Below are positions 48,737-59,078 of a DNA stretch of 64,000 nucleotides, piece by piece. A program made the translations under genes and the position numbers. The stretch is taken from IMG/VR virus record IMGVR_UViG_3300035703_000033, positions 32,001-96,000 of that record; one strand, 5' to 3'. Numbering within the stretch: position 1 is the first letter of the stretch; each line of letters opens with the position of its first letter. The notes under the pieces were generated by a model that searched no databases, had not been told where the DNA came from, and saw only the letters and a list, made by a program, of their open reading frames with translations. Source of the stretch: a virus.

Positions 48737-49167
48737 ATAACAAAATACATAAAGTATTAAAGTTATCTAGAGCTAAAGATGAGTTAATTGCTTGGTGCTA
48801 TCCTGATAAAAAAAGAGTTCTATATTCTTATTCACAGGTAAAGAAGAATATGGAAAATGCATACAGCACACAAAACGTTTCTGATATTCTAGGTAAGCAC
48901 AAGGTTACAATAGAGGATTATATTTTAGATGGTAAAATAAAAAGACCACACGTGGTTTATCCTATTGGAAATCCAGACAGCTCCTGGTATAAGTTTATGT
49001 TTTCTATAAATGATATTTTAGATCTGCATGACTTTATATTAGAATCAGGATACTCTAAAAATATGCCATCAAAAAACGAGCTACTTGCCAGATTGAGGCA
49101 CAATATGATATTGTATACCAAAACGACTAACGGCGATTTTGTTCCAGTATGGAAGGCGGAAGAGTGA
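48682..49167 (+). CDS. putative HTH DNA-binding protein
   Basis: YSTQNVSDILGKHKVTIEDYILDGKI resembles a MerR/excisionase HTH. Confidence 0.55.
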   Translation: MARGDRIKPAKKLSYFFLNNKIHKVLKLSRAKDELIAWCYPDKKRVLYSYSQVKKNMENAYSTQNVSDILGKHKVTIEDYILDGKIKRPHVVYPIGNPDSSWYKFMFSINDILDLHDFILESGYSKNMPSKNELLARLRHNMILYTKTTNGDFVPVWKAEE

Positions 49168-49274
49168 GTGGTAGATTTGTTATATGCAGTATTTGCAAAA
49201 AAGAAATTGAATTACGATGGGGTATTTTTGGACATCAAACCCTTTCTCGTCACAATGCTAAGGAGCACAAATAA
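49164..49274 (+). CDS. 36-aa C2H2 zinc-finger-like protein (not in ORF track)
   Basis: MSGRFVICSICKKEIELRWGIFGHQTLSRHNAKEHK; GTGA and TAATG overlaps with both neighbours. Confidence 0.6.
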   Translation: MSGRFVICSICKKEIELRWGIFGHQTLSRHNAKEHK

Positions 49275-49483
49275 TGTCTGAAACAAAGGTTAAGGTTGAT
49301 CTATCTTTTACAAGAAATCTAGGAAACTATGAGAGTATTAAAATTGGTATTGGCGTTGAGGACAATGTTCGTGAAGGAGAAAACGTCGACACTGCTACAG
49401 AAAGAGTTTATAGGTTTGTTGAAAGTAAATTAATTGAAAAGACAAATGAGGTAGAAGAGGAATTAAAGGGTGGCGGAAAGTAA
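49274..49483 (+). CDS. hypothetical protein
   Basis: SD aaggag; TRNLGNYESIKI. Confidence 0.6.
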   Translation: MSETKVKVDLSFTRNLGNYESIKIGIGVEDNVREGENVDTATERVYRFVESKLIEKTNEVEEELKGGGK

Positions 49484-49784
49484 ACAACCTTATATTTTAT
49501 TAAGCTTATATCAAAATTTATATAAGGATAGATATAATAAACAGGCAAAGCTTAATAAATATCGTGATAAGTGGGCTATGCAAGATGTCATAGATACTGT
49601 AGGATATGATAGGGCTAAAGAGCTTCTAGAATATTATTTTAAAACAGGTAAGGTTGGGCACCCGCTACAATTTTTCTTTTATAACTTTGATTCAATGGAT
49701 AGGATTAAGGAAGAGTCTGATAAAGATAAAGTAAATAGAATTAAGTTGCGTGAACAAACAAAAAGAATGGTGGAGGAAGAGTGA
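49470..49784 (+). CDS. hypothetical protein upstream of helicase
   Basis: Coupled to the helicase gene. Confidence 0.55.
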   Translation: MAESKQPYILLSLYQNLYKDRYNKQAKLNKYRDKWAMQDVIDTVGYDRAKELLEYYFKTGKVGHPLQFFFYNFDSMDRIKEESDKDKVNRIKLREQTKRMVEEE

Positions 49785-51031
49785 ATACAGAGGCGGAACT
49801 AATATCTGCAGTATGCAAAAACAAAGACATTAGCGTACTTCTTGCAGATAACGTAGATGAAATTTTTACTTCTCACAAAGATATATGGGAGGGATTAAAA
49901 AGCTATTACTATAAATTTAGAGCCGTACCAGAAGCTGGTATCTTGCAAGAAAAATTTAGTGATTTTGAGCCAGTAGCTACCAAAGCAGAGACTGGGTATT
50001 ATCTTGAAAAGCTAAAAAATGAATATTTAACTTCAAGGTTAAAGTCAATTATACTCCATGCTGGAGCAGCCCTAAAGGAAGATGCAGCAGCCAGGGTATT
50101 GGCTGATGTTCAGGGTAGACTGTCTAACCTAAGTAGATATACAAATAACGTTAGAGACATTGATGTTACTGATATTGAGGCTGCAGAAAAACACTTTTTA
50201 TCAGTAAAGGAAAGATCAGCTGTAATGGGTGGAAGCCCAGGAATCCTAACTGGTTTTGATGCCATAGATAAAGCTTACCCTACAGGAATGGCCCCAGGAC
50301 ACCTTATAGTCGCCATTGGCTGGCCAGGTAGGGGTAAGACATGGTTTACCTCGTATCTAGCCTGTAAGGCCTGGGAACAGGGTTTTAGACCTATGATTAT
50401 TTCTCTTGAGATGTCTCCAGAAAATATGCGTGACCGTATTTATACACTCCTAGGTTCTGGTATTTTTAAAGCTAGCGACTTATCTAAGGGAGATATTAAT
50501 ATTGATGACTTTAAGTCTTGGGGAAAGAAAAAGTTTGATAATAAGGGAAGTTTTGTTCTTGTTTCAAACGAAGGGTTTGGAGAGGTTACTCCTGCCACGG
50601 TTCAAGGTAAGATTGACCAACATAAGCCAGATTTAGTTATTCTTGACTACCATCAACTATTTAATGACAATAAACGTAGTAATTCTGAAGTAGAAAGAAA
50701 TAGAAATATTTCACGTGAGTTTAAATTGCTTGCAGTTACAAATAATATTCCTATTATTGATATTACTGCTGCAACTGCTGATGACATATCTGATCAAGAC
50801 GATCCTCCAATGATGAGTCAAGTAGCTTGGTCGAAGGCTATCGAATATGATGCTGATATGGCTATGGCTATTCATAGGTATCCGAATACAAACATGATTG
50901 AGGTTGTTAGCAGAAAAAATAGGCATGGTCATGAATTTGATTTCTATCTGGACTGGGATATCAATCGTGGAATAATTAAGCCTATTTATGAGAGTTTGCC
51001 AGATATGAAGAATGCTGCACAGGCAAATTAA
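49781..51031 (+). CDS. dnaB: DnaB-like replicative helicase
   Basis: GWPGRGKT; ISLEM; VILDY; IEYDAD; KNRHG. Confidence 0.92.
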   Translation: MNTEAELISAVCKNKDISVLLADNVDEIFTSHKDIWEGLKSYYYKFRAVPEAGILQEKFSDFEPVATKAETGYYLEKLKNEYLTSRLKSIILHAGAALKEDAAARVLADVQGRLSNLSRYTNNVRDIDVTDIEAAEKHFLSVKERSAVMGGSPGILTGFDAIDKAYPTGMAPGHLIVAIGWPGRGKTWFTSYLACKAWEQGFRPMIISLEMSPENMRDRIYTLLGSGIFKASDLSKGDINIDDFKSWGKKKFDNKGSFVLVSNEGFGEVTPATVQGKIDQHKPDLVILDYHQLFNDNKRSNSEVERNRNISREFKLLAVTNNIPIIDITAATADDISDQDDPPMMSQVAWSKAIEYDADMAMAIHRYPNTNMIEVVSRKNRHGHEFDFYLDWDINRGIIKPIYESLPDMKNAAQAN

Positions 51032-51308
51032 AAGATTTCAGATTGATGTAGAGTTTAAAGATGACTCTGATATTATCCGAATTAGAAATCAGTATGAAAA
51101 TATGATTACTATGGATATGAGGCAAAAGGGTTATCTTAGACTACTTGACATAGACCCAGTATTTTCTGTAGAATTTACTGGAGAGACATGGAAGTTCTTA
51201 ATGACTATCTATGGTATATACGTTGGAAAGAAGAAGGCATGGGTTTCAGAGGGGGTATCTCAGTGGAAAATAATTCCACGTACACGCCATCGCATATCAA
51301 GTCTGTAA
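51012..51308 (+). CDS. hypothetical protein
   Basis: ORF between helicase and primase. Confidence 0.5.
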   Translation: MLHRQIKRFQIDVEFKDDSDIIRIRNQYENMITMDMRQKGYLRLLDIDPVFSVEFTGETWKFLMTIYGIYVGKKKAWVSEGVSQWKIIPRTRHRISSL

Positions 51309-52234
51309 TTAAAAACTTAGGGCTTAATGTACTGTCTGAATCAAATGATAATTTAAGTTTATACTGCCCTTTTCATAACAATACAAATACATACAGCTTT
51401 AGCATAAGTGCAATAAATGGTGCATGGCTTTGTTTTAATCCATCTTGTGGAGAGTCTGGTTCATTAACTGATCTTGTTAAAAAGATTTTAAATAAAAATG
51501 ATTTTCAGGCATTAAGATTTATAATGTCTTATGCTAATTCAGAAGACGATATGTTTGATGAAGAGCTCAGGTCGCTGCTTGAGGATAAGCCAGACTTTGA
51601 AGAGTTTTCTCAAGAAACACTAAATAACTTATATCAAGAGCTGGGCAAGTCTGAAAATGCACGAGAATATTTTAAGTCAAGAAAAATTAATGAAGACTCT
51701 ATGCATTATTTTAAATTAGGATATTCATCTAATATGAATATGGTTATAGTTCCAGTACATAGTCCAGATGGAATTCCAGTTGGTTTGGTTGGTAGATCAA
51801 TTTCTGATAAGCGGTTTAAAAATAGCACCAACTTGCCAAAAAATAAAACTATGTTTAATATACATAGAGCAAAAAAAGTAGGAAGCAATGTAATTATTGT
51901 TGAGTCTGCATTTGATGCGATATTAGTCCATCAAGCAGGATTTCCTAATGTGGTTGCAACTTTAGGTGGTCATATTTCAAAAGATAATATATCATCTTTA
52001 AATAGGTACTTTAATAAGATAATAATCATGACAGACTCAGACGAAGCAGGTAGAAAACTTGGTTTGAATATCTCAGATAGATTAAAAAACAAAGAGGTCT
52101 TGTGGGCTTCTTACGAATATGGTAAGATATACCCACATGGTGCAAAAGATGCAGGCGACATGTCAGATACTGAAATTAAGCAATGCATCAATAATGCAGT
52201 TTCCGATATCGAATATCGATCTTGGAACCCATAG
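51188..52234 (+). CDS. dnaG: DNA primase (CHC2 Zn finger + TOPRIM)
   Basis: CPFH..CFNPSC; VESAFD; DSDEAG; true start probably downstream. Confidence 0.9.
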   Translation: MEVLNDYLWYIRWKEEGMGFRGGISVENNSTYTPSHIKSVIKNLGLNVLSESNDNLSLYCPFHNNTNTYSFSISAINGAWLCFNPSCGESGSLTDLVKKILNKNDFQALRFIMSYANSEDDMFDEELRSLLEDKPDFEEFSQETLNNLYQELGKSENAREYFKSRKINEDSMHYFKLGYSSNMNMVIVPVHSPDGIPVGLVGRSISDKRFKNSTNLPKNKTMFNIHRAKKVGSNVIIVESAFDAILVHQAGFPNVVATLGGHISKDNISSLNRYFNKIIIMTDSDEAGRKLGLNISDRLKNKEVLWASYEYGKIYPHGAKDAGDMSDTEIKQCINNAVSDIEYRSWNP

Positions 52235-52280
52235 TATAAAATAACAGATGGATATATACCATCAAATATAAGGAGAAAAA

Positions 52281-52952
52281 ATGGGTATCGTAAAAGGTCT
52301 TAAGGATCTAAATAAAGCACTCGATAAGCCACAGTCTAGCAGTGGTGAGGGTTCAAAGGCACGTTGGTTGAAGCTAGAAGATGGTGAAAGTATCAAGATT
52401 CGTTTCTTGCAGGAATTGGATCCAGATTCACCAGAATACAATGACAAGCTTGGATTAGGCTTTATTGCAGTAGAACATACAAATCCAGGTGACTATCGAC
52501 GTAAAGCTCTATGCTCTATGGACGATCAGGGTAAGTGTTGGGGTTGCGAACAGCACCGCAAGGATTACAAGAAGGGCTGGAAGGGTCGCTCACGACTTTA
52601 CATCAACGTGCTAGTTGATGACGGTAAGGAAGAGCCTTATGTAGCAGTTCTTTCTCAAGGAAGCAGCGGAAAGACTATCACTCCAACCGTAATTGAATAT
52701 GCTGGAGAAATGGGATCAATCACTAATTTGATGTGGCGAATTAAGCGTTCAGGCACAAAGACAGACACAAGCTACACAATTATTCCTCTTGCAAAAGATG
52801 AAGAAAAGTTTGATTCTTCTTCATTAGAGCTTTATAAGCTTGAAGAGGTTGCAGTACGTGATTTGCCATATACAGAACAAGAAGCTTTCTTTAACGGAGA
52901 AGGCGGACACGAAGAAACAGCAGACTCTACCTCAAGCACGGTAGACTGGTAA
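52281..52952 (+). CDS. single-stranded DNA-binding protein (gp32-like)
   Basis: IKIRFL; H..C..C..C Zn ligands; acidic tail ending in DW; strong SD. Confidence 0.7.
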   Translation: MGIVKGLKDLNKALDKPQSSSGEGSKARWLKLEDGESIKIRFLQELDPDSPEYNDKLGLGFIAVEHTNPGDYRRKALCSMDDQGKCWGCEQHRKDYKKGWKGRSRLYINVLVDDGKEEPYVAVLSQGSSGKTITPTVIEYAGEMGSITNLMWRIKRSGTKTDTSYTIIPLAKDEEKFDSSSLELYKLEEVAVRDLPYTEQEAFFNGEGGHEETADSTSSTVDW

Positions 52953-52975
52953 TATAGAGTTAGGCGGAGAGTTAA

Positions 52976-55900
52976 GTGGATTTTGTACACCTTCATGTGC
53001 ATTCTTATTATTCATTAATGGATGGGCTTAACTCTCCTGCCGAACTTGTCCTAGCAGCAAAAGATGCTGGGCAAACAGCAATTGCAATAACTGATCACGG
53101 CACACTAGCATCACATAGAGATTTTCAAATTGCATGTAAGGAAAACAATATAAAGCCAATTCTTGGTGTTGAGGCATATATTTCTCCAACAGATAGATTT
53201 GACAGGTCATCTAAAACAGATAAATCAATTCAGGCCTACAACCACATTATCCTACTAGCAAAAAATAAAAAAGGTTTAGAGAATATTAATTCCCTACAGG
53301 AACTTGCTTGGAACGAAGGCTTTTACCATAAGCCACGTATTGATAGAGAGATTTTAAAAGAATATGCGGAAGGTATTATTGTACTTAGCGGATGCCTTAA
53401 TGGTCTTATTAGTAAAGCTATTGAACGCCAGGAATTCTCTGAAGCAAAGCTTATACTCAAAGACTTTAAGCAAACTTTTGGTGATGACTTTTACATTGAG
53501 GTCCAATCTCACAATCCAAAAGAAGTAAATGAAAAACTATTAGAGCTTGCAGATGAGCTAAATATTAAGCCAGTAGCTACTGGAGATGCACATTTTGCCA
53601 GAGGCGAGGATAAAATTCTTGAAGAAGCAATGCTTATTCTTTCTACAAATCCAAAGGTAGATAAGGAAGCAGACTTCGACATGTCTAGAAATATGAAAGA
53701 TTATTTAGATAGATTTAATTATCTTTATCCAGATCGTCGTATTTCATTTCAAGATTATAATTTATTTATTCAAAGTCGCAAAGAGATAGAAGAAGATTTT
53801 GTTGCTTCTGGTTTAATCAGAACTGATATTTATCAAAATACGTTAGAGATTGCAAGTAAAGTCGAAGAGTATGATTTTTATCAGAACCTAGACCTACTGC
53901 CAGTTCCTAAAACAAATGCTGATAAAAAATTAAAAGACATGGCATTGGAAGGACTAAAAAGACTAGGGCTTAGTGGTAATGAGGTATATGATAATAGGCT
54001 TGAGGAAGAACTTGCAATAATTAAGGATAAGAAGTTTGCTTCGTACTTTTTGGTTGTTGCAGATATGATTAACTGGGCAAAGGGTGAAGGCATATTAGTT
54101 GGGCCAGGACGTGGTTCAGCAGCAGGATCTTTAGTTTGTTATTCATTAGGAATCACTGACGTTGATCCAATCAAATATGATCTTTTGTTCTTCCGTTTTA
54201 TTAACCCAGAGCGAAATGACTTTCCAGATATTGACACTGACTTTGAAGATCGTCGTAGAAAAGAAGTAAAGGATTACCTTAAGAAGAAGTTTAAGCACGT
54301 AGCCTCTATCTCAACATTTACTTATTTTAAAGATAAGGGTGTTGTTCGTGATGCATCACGTGTATTTATGGTTCCGCTAGGTGATGTTAATAAAGCCTTG
54401 AAATCAGTAGACACTTTTGAAGACTATCTTGATTCTCCTAATACAAAAGAGTTTAGGACAAAGTATCCAGAGGTAACTTGGTTAGCTGAAAAGCTTAGAG
54501 GCAAAATTAGATCTGTAGGAGTCCACGCTGCTGGAGTTGTTGTGGCTAAAGATGATATTAGAAAATATGCACCAGTAGAGTCTCGTGAGGACGCACAGGA
54601 TAAGGTATCAGGCAGAATACCAGTAGTTGCGTATGACATGGATACTGTTGCAGATATTGGTTTGATTAAGTTAGATGCACTTGGTTTAAAAACACTTTCT
54701 GTTATTTCAGATACACTAAAATCCATTAAAGATAGACACAATAAGGATATTATTCTATCTGATTTGCCTTTAGATAATCAGGATGTTTATCGTACATTAA
54801 GCGAAGGATATACAAAAGGTGTATTCCAGGCTGAAGCAACCCCATATACAAACCTATTAATTAAAATGGGTGTCAACACATTTGAAGATCTTGCTGCATC
54901 AAACGCACTCGTAAGACCTGGAGCAATGGACACCGTAGGTGCTGAGTATATTGAAAGAAAGCATGGACAAAAAGCTGTGCAATATATTCATCCATTAATG
55001 AAGCCTTTTACAGAAAACACTTATGGTGTTATTATTTATCAGGAACAGGTTATGCAAGCATGTGTGCATTTAGGCGGCATGTCTTGGTCAGAGGCTGATA
55101 AGGTTAGAAAGATTATTGGAAAGAAGAAAGATGCAAAAGAATTTGATCAGTTCAAGGATAAGTTTATTGATGGCGCTTCAAAGCACATTTCTAAAAAAGA
55201 AGCGGAGGACCTTTGGAAGACTTTTGAGGCACATGCTAACTATTCTTTCAATCGCTCTCATGCCGTTGCTTATTCTATGCTTTCTTATTATACTGCTTGG
55301 CTTAAATATCATTATCCTACTGAATTCATGTTTGCAATTCTTAAAAATGAAAATGATAAAAATGCTAAAACTGAATATTTAATCGAGGCAAAAAGACTTG
55401 GTATTAAAATTATGCTACCACATATTAATGAGTCTGATGTGTATTTTTCATTAAAGAAAGATGGAGTCATATTTGGTTTAGCAGAAGTAAAGTTTATTTC
55501 TGATGGAATTGCCAATAAAATTATAGAGAATAGGCCATTTAAAAATTATGCAGACTTTATTGAAAAGGCGTCTAAAAAGGGTAGCGGCATTAACAGCAGG
55601 GCTGTTGCTGCTCTCAACGCCATTGGTGGCGCTGCTTTTGATGATAATCCACGCACTGGATCTGAAAAAGAAAACTACTACGAATACCTAGGTATACCAT
55701 CATTTAACTTAGACTCTATACCACCAAGAATTAAAGCGCAGGCAAGACCTATTGATCAGTTTGATGAGCTTGGATCATTTGTAATGTTTGGCATGGTCAA
55801 GAATATTAAACGTGGTAATGGTTGGGCTAGAGTAGAATTGGTAGATGAAAGCGGTTCAATAGGACTATTTCATCATGAGCAGACTCAAATTGAAACTAAC

Positions 55901-56245
55901 CAGATGTATTTTATATTAGTTGGAGATAATAGAATATCTAGGTATGTTAAGGTTTCTGATATTAAGCCAGATTCTGAAGATTTGTTTGTTCAATACCTAT
56001 ATAGAAAAGAATATGACTTACAGGAAGATGAGATGTATGTTGTTAATTTTAATCCATATAAAACTAAACAAGGCAAAACAATGTCACATATAGTGATGTG
56101 TGATAAAAATAAAAATTTGACCAGAGCTATTGCGTTCCCATCTATGTATAAAATAACTCTGGCAAAAATGCGAGAGGGCATGGTATGTAAGCCTGTACTC
56201 TCTACGCTAGACGACGGAACGCTAATGATAAAGGAGATAAAATGA
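52976..56245 (+). CDS. dnaE: DNA polymerase III alpha subunit
   Basis: HLHVHS.YSLMDG; GPGRGSAAGS; PDIDTDF; YQEQVM; FNRSHA. Confidence 0.97.
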   Translation: MDFVHLHVHSYYSLMDGLNSPAELVLAAKDAGQTAIAITDHGTLASHRDFQIACKENNIKPILGVEAYISPTDRFDRSSKTDKSIQAYNHIILLAKNKKGLENINSLQELAWNEGFYHKPRIDREILKEYAEGIIVLSGCLNGLISKAIERQEFSEAKLILKDFKQTFGDDFYIEVQSHNPKEVNEKLLELADELNIKPVATGDAHFARGEDKILEEAMLILSTNPKVDKEADFDMSRNMKDYLDRFNYLYPDRRISFQDYNLFIQSRKEIEEDFVASGLIRTDIYQNTLEIASKVEEYDFYQNLDLLPVPKTNADKKLKDMALEGLKRLGLSGNEVYDNRLEEELAIIKDKKFASYFLVVADMINWAKGEGILVGPGRGSAAGSLVCYSLGITDVDPIKYDLLFFRFINPERNDFPDIDTDFEDRRRKEVKDYLKKKFKHVASISTFTYFKDKGVVRDASRVFMVPLGDVNKALKSVDTFEDYLDSPNTKEFRTKYPEVTWLAEKLRGKIRSVGVHAAGVVVAKDDIRKYAPVESREDAQDKVSGRIPVVAYDMDTVADIGLIKLDALGLKTLSVISDTLKSIKDRHNKDIILSDLPLDNQDVYRTLSEGYTKGVFQAEATPYTNLLIKMGVNTFEDLAASNALVRPGAMDTVGAEYIERKHGQKAVQYIHPLMKPFTENTYGVIIYQEQVMQACVHLGGMSWSEADKVRKIIGKKKDAKEFDQFKDKFIDGASKHISKKEAEDLWKTFEAHANYSFNRSHAVAYSMLSYYTAWLKYHYPTEFMFAILKNENDKNAKTEYLIEAKRLGIKIMLPHINESDVYFSLKKDGVIFGLAEVKFISDGIANKIIENRPFKNYADFIEKASKKGSGINSRAVAALNAIGGAAFDDNPRTGSEKENYYEYLGIPSFNLDSIPPRIKAQARPIDQFDELGSFVMFGMVKNIKRGNGWARVELVDESGSIGLFHHEQTQIETNQMYFILVGDNRISRYVKVSDIKPDSEDLFVQYLYRKEYDLQEDEMYVVNFNPYKTKQGKTMSHIVMCDKNKNLTRAIAFPSMYKITLAKMREGMVCKPVLSTLDDGTLMIKEIK

Positions 56246-56436
56246 ACGAAGAAAAGTTAAATGAGGTTATGCAAACAATGAGCGCCTCAAGAATTTTAGT
56301 TGCAATATTAGAGCATTTAGGGTCTGTTATTATTCCTACAGAAAAATTTATGTCTGCCAATGAGGTTGATCGTAATTTATCAGTATCTTATAATGATGAT
56401 ACTTTGTCTTTTGAATTTAGCTTGAAAGAGGATTAA
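56242..56436 (+). CDS. hypothetical protein
   Basis: SD aaggag; ATGA overlap. Confidence 0.55.
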   Translation: MNEEKLNEVMQTMSASRILVAILEHLGSVIIPTEKFMSANEVDRNLSVSYNDDTLSFEFSLKED

Positions 56437-56437
56437 T

Positions 56438-56779
56438 TTGAATAATATATTGAATGACTATGGGGTAGATGCCCTAGCTGCAGTTCTTCATGAGACTGCA
56501 GTAGAAAAAGGGTTTTGGGATGGAGAAATAACACATGATAAAGTGGGCAATAAACTTGCTCTTGTACATTCAGAAGTTACTGAAGTTCTTGAAGCTATCC
56601 GCAAAAATAAAGGGTCTAAAGAAATTGTAGAGGAAATGTCAGATATTATTATTCGCTTATTAGATCTTTATGCTGCAATGCGTAATTCAGATATGATTAC
56701 GGATAGCCTTGAGGAAGCACTAGAAAATAAAATTAATAAAAATAAAGAGCGTCCAAGACTTCACGGCAACCTGTTTTAA
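56438..56779 (+). CDS. MazG-like NTP pyrophosphohydrolase
   Basis: LVHSEVTEVLEAIRK..EEMSDIIIRLLD..K..KNKER. Confidence 0.8.
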   Translation: MNNILNDYGVDALAAVLHETAVEKGFWDGEITHDKVGNKLALVHSEVTEVLEAIRKNKGSKEIVEEMSDIIIRLLDLYAAMRNSDMITDSLEEALENKINKNKERPRLHGNLF

Positions 56780-56788
56780 TGCTATACT
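56760..56788 (+). promoter_or_regulatory. promoter upstream of recA
   Basis: TTCACG-17 bp-TATACT with extended TG. Confidence 0.55.
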
Positions 56789-56808
56789 ATAGATAAAGAA
56801 AGAAGAAC

Positions 56809-57813
56809 ATGACAATTGTATTAGACGAAATACTAGCAAAGCTAGATCCAAAAACTAGAGCAAGAGTTCAATCAGCACAAGATGTAAAGGTTGAAAAACA
56901 ATTAACTCCAAGCATAGGTCTTAATATGGCTTTGCGTGGCGGGCTTGGCTATGGAAGGCAGGTGCTGGTTTGGGGCAATAAGTCTGCTGGAAAATCATCA
57001 TTTTGTTTACAGATGATTGCAAAAGCACAAAAGGAAGGAAAAACCTGTGCTTGGATAGATGCAGAAGCCTCATATGATCAAGCTTGGGCAGAGTCGCTTG
57101 GAGTAGACTCGTCTAAATTAATTTATTCACCAGCAAAAACTGTTAATGATATGGTTGATGTTGCAACTAAGCTAATGGAAGCAGATGTAGATATGATTGT
57201 TGTTGACTCTATTTCTGCTCTGCTTCCAGCAATTTATTTTGAAAAAGATGGAAACGAATTAAAGGATTTGCAAGATACTAAGCAAATCGGCGCTGAAGCA
57301 AAGGATATGACCCACGCAGTCAAAATGTTAAATTATGCAAACAAAAACACACTACTTGTTCTCATCTCACAACAACGAAATCAATTTGGATCTATGCATG
57401 CTAGTCACATCCCCACAGGTGGCATGGCAGTCAAGTTCTTTTCTTCCACAGTCATCAAGCTCTGGTCTTCTGAAGCTGAGGCTAATGCTATTAAGGCTGG
57501 GGTTAAAGTTGGCGACAAAATCATTGAACAGAGAGTCGGAAGGCCAGTTAACTGGATTATTGATTACAACAAGCTTGGCCCCCCAAATTTATCAGGACAA
57601 TATGACTTTTACTACCAAGGGGAAACTCTTGGTGTAGATCAAGTTGGAGAGACACTAGATGTTGCAGAAATGTGCGGACTTATAGAAAAAGGCGGAGCAT
57701 GGTACACCGTAAACGAAGAGCGTTTTCAGGGTAGAGCAAAAGCTGTTCAATATCTAAGAGACAACCCAGACGTTGTAGAAAAATTACAATCGGAGATTTA
57801 TGCCAAATATTAA
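56809..57813 (+). CDS. recA: RecA-like recombinase
   Basis: GNKSAGKS; WIDAE; VVDSISAL; TGGMAVKF; KGGAWY. Confidence 0.93.
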   Translation: MTIVLDEILAKLDPKTRARVQSAQDVKVEKQLTPSIGLNMALRGGLGYGRQVLVWGNKSAGKSSFCLQMIAKAQKEGKTCAWIDAEASYDQAWAESLGVDSSKLIYSPAKTVNDMVDVATKLMEADVDMIVVDSISALLPAIYFEKDGNELKDLQDTKQIGAEAKDMTHAVKMLNYANKNTLLVLISQQRNQFGSMHASHIPTGGMAVKFFSSTVIKLWSSEAEANAIKAGVKVGDKIIEQRVGRPVNWIIDYNKLGPPNLSGQYDFYYQGETLGVDQVGETLDVAEMCGLIEKGGAWYTVNEERFQGRAKAVQYLRDNPDVVEKLQSEIYAKY

Positions 57814-57994
57814 TGAGTTTATTGGCCCAAAGCCAACAGTAGATTCTATGTCTAATTTAGAAAAATTAATTGGTCAAAAACCTTGTTCTAAATGTGATCT
57901 TGATGTCACAGAATACTATTGGGATCCAGCCAACTTTATAATGACATGGACATGCAACGCTGGACATTTAAATACAGTAAAGGTCAATGTATGA
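57800..57994 (+). CDS. small Zn-binding protein
   Basis: CSKC...CNAGH. Confidence 0.55.
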   Translation: MPNINEFIGPKPTVDSMSNLEKLIGQKPCSKCDLDVTEYYWDPANFIMTWTCNAGHLNTVKVNV

Positions 57995-58779
57995 TATTTG
58001 ATTACGAAAAAGTTGTTGTTGCTCCACAAATAGTAATATATAAAAATATATTTAAGCACAGCGCTGAGCTAATCAATTTATTAAATTCTGATAGGGATTC
58101 TATAATTTCCCCATGGTCTTCTTGGTATGAAAACGGATATAGATGTGGCACTTTATTTAAAGATATGGATATTTTAGAGTCAGATCCAGAATCAATAAAA
58201 GAAGAAAAAAGATACCTAAAAGAATTCTATGATATCTTAGAGTTTATTAAAAAAGATTATTTATTAGAATTTAATAAAGATAATGGCATATGGCCAGACT
58301 TTATTTCTGATTGGGATCAACTTCTAAATAATAACATAGATTATTATATTGATTTTTTTAGATATGATATTAACAAAATTGATTTATCTGAAAATAAATT
58401 ATTGATGGAGTATCATGTTGATGAAGATGAGTACCTGGCAGAAGGTGAGATTAAGTCTCTTAAAAATGTTGCAACAATAAATATTTATTTAAATAATGAG
58501 TATCATGGTGGTGAAATTTGCGCCTATGATTCGTTTACAAATAAAAGCTATAGTTACAAAGCTAACCCAGGTGATGCCGTAATTATGCCATCCTGTTCAC
58601 CATTTTACCATGCTGTCAAAAAATTTAGTGGAAGCGATAGATATTTTATGAGATCATTTTTTAAATATATTTCAACGTCAACAAGCACAAAATCTGAAAT
58701 AGAAAAGCAAAAAGATGAATATTTAAAAAATAATTTACAAATGCGTAAAGTGGATATAGATGAGATTGAGGTATTTTGA
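57991..58779 (+). CDS. 2OG-Fe(II) oxygenase, prolyl-4-hydroxylase-like
   Basis: YHVD; YLNNEYHGGEI; HAVKKFSGSDRY; ATGA overlap favours start 57991. Confidence 0.85.
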   Translation: MIFDYEKVVVAPQIVIYKNIFKHSAELINLLNSDRDSIISPWSSWYENGYRCGTLFKDMDILESDPESIKEEKRYLKEFYDILEFIKKDYLLEFNKDNGIWPDFISDWDQLLNNNIDYYIDFFRYDINKIDLSENKLLMEYHVDEDEYLAEGEIKSLKNVATINIYLNNEYHGGEICAYDSFTNKSYSYKANPGDAVIMPSCSPFYHAVKKFSGSDRYFMRSFFKYISTSTSTKSEIEKQKDEYLKNNLQMRKVDIDEIEVF

Positions 58780-59078
58780 TAATGTCTGAAAAGAGTGAAG
58801 CAATAAGAGATGGCGCAAGGCAACAAAAAAATTCTGGACGTGGCAAGTACCAAAAGGGTGATGCTATATGGCATAACTTTGTTGTTGACTACAAAGAATC
58901 AAATTCATCATTCACATTAAATAAAGATGTTTGGTCTAAAATATGCACAGACACATTTAAGGTTAGTAGAGATATGCATCCAGCGTTAAAACTAATCATT
59001 GGGGAAAATTCAAAAATAAGGCTTGCTGTTATAGAGTGGTCAATTTTAGAAGATTTATTAGGAGAAAAAAATGTATAA
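58776..59078 (+). CDS. PD-(D/E)XK Holliday-junction resolvase-like nuclease
   Basis: SE..DGA..NSGRG..KGDA..VDYKE..SFTL. Confidence 0.65.
   Translation: MIMSEKSEAIRDGARQQKNSGRGKYQKGDAIWHNFVVDYKESNSSFTLNKDVWSKICTDTFKVSRDMHPALKLIIGENSKIRLAVIEWSILEDLLGEKNV

Noticed and set aside
52247-52263. Small hairpin before the SSB gene as an autoregulatory operator
   Set aside because: Only a 5-bp stem; could arise by chance.
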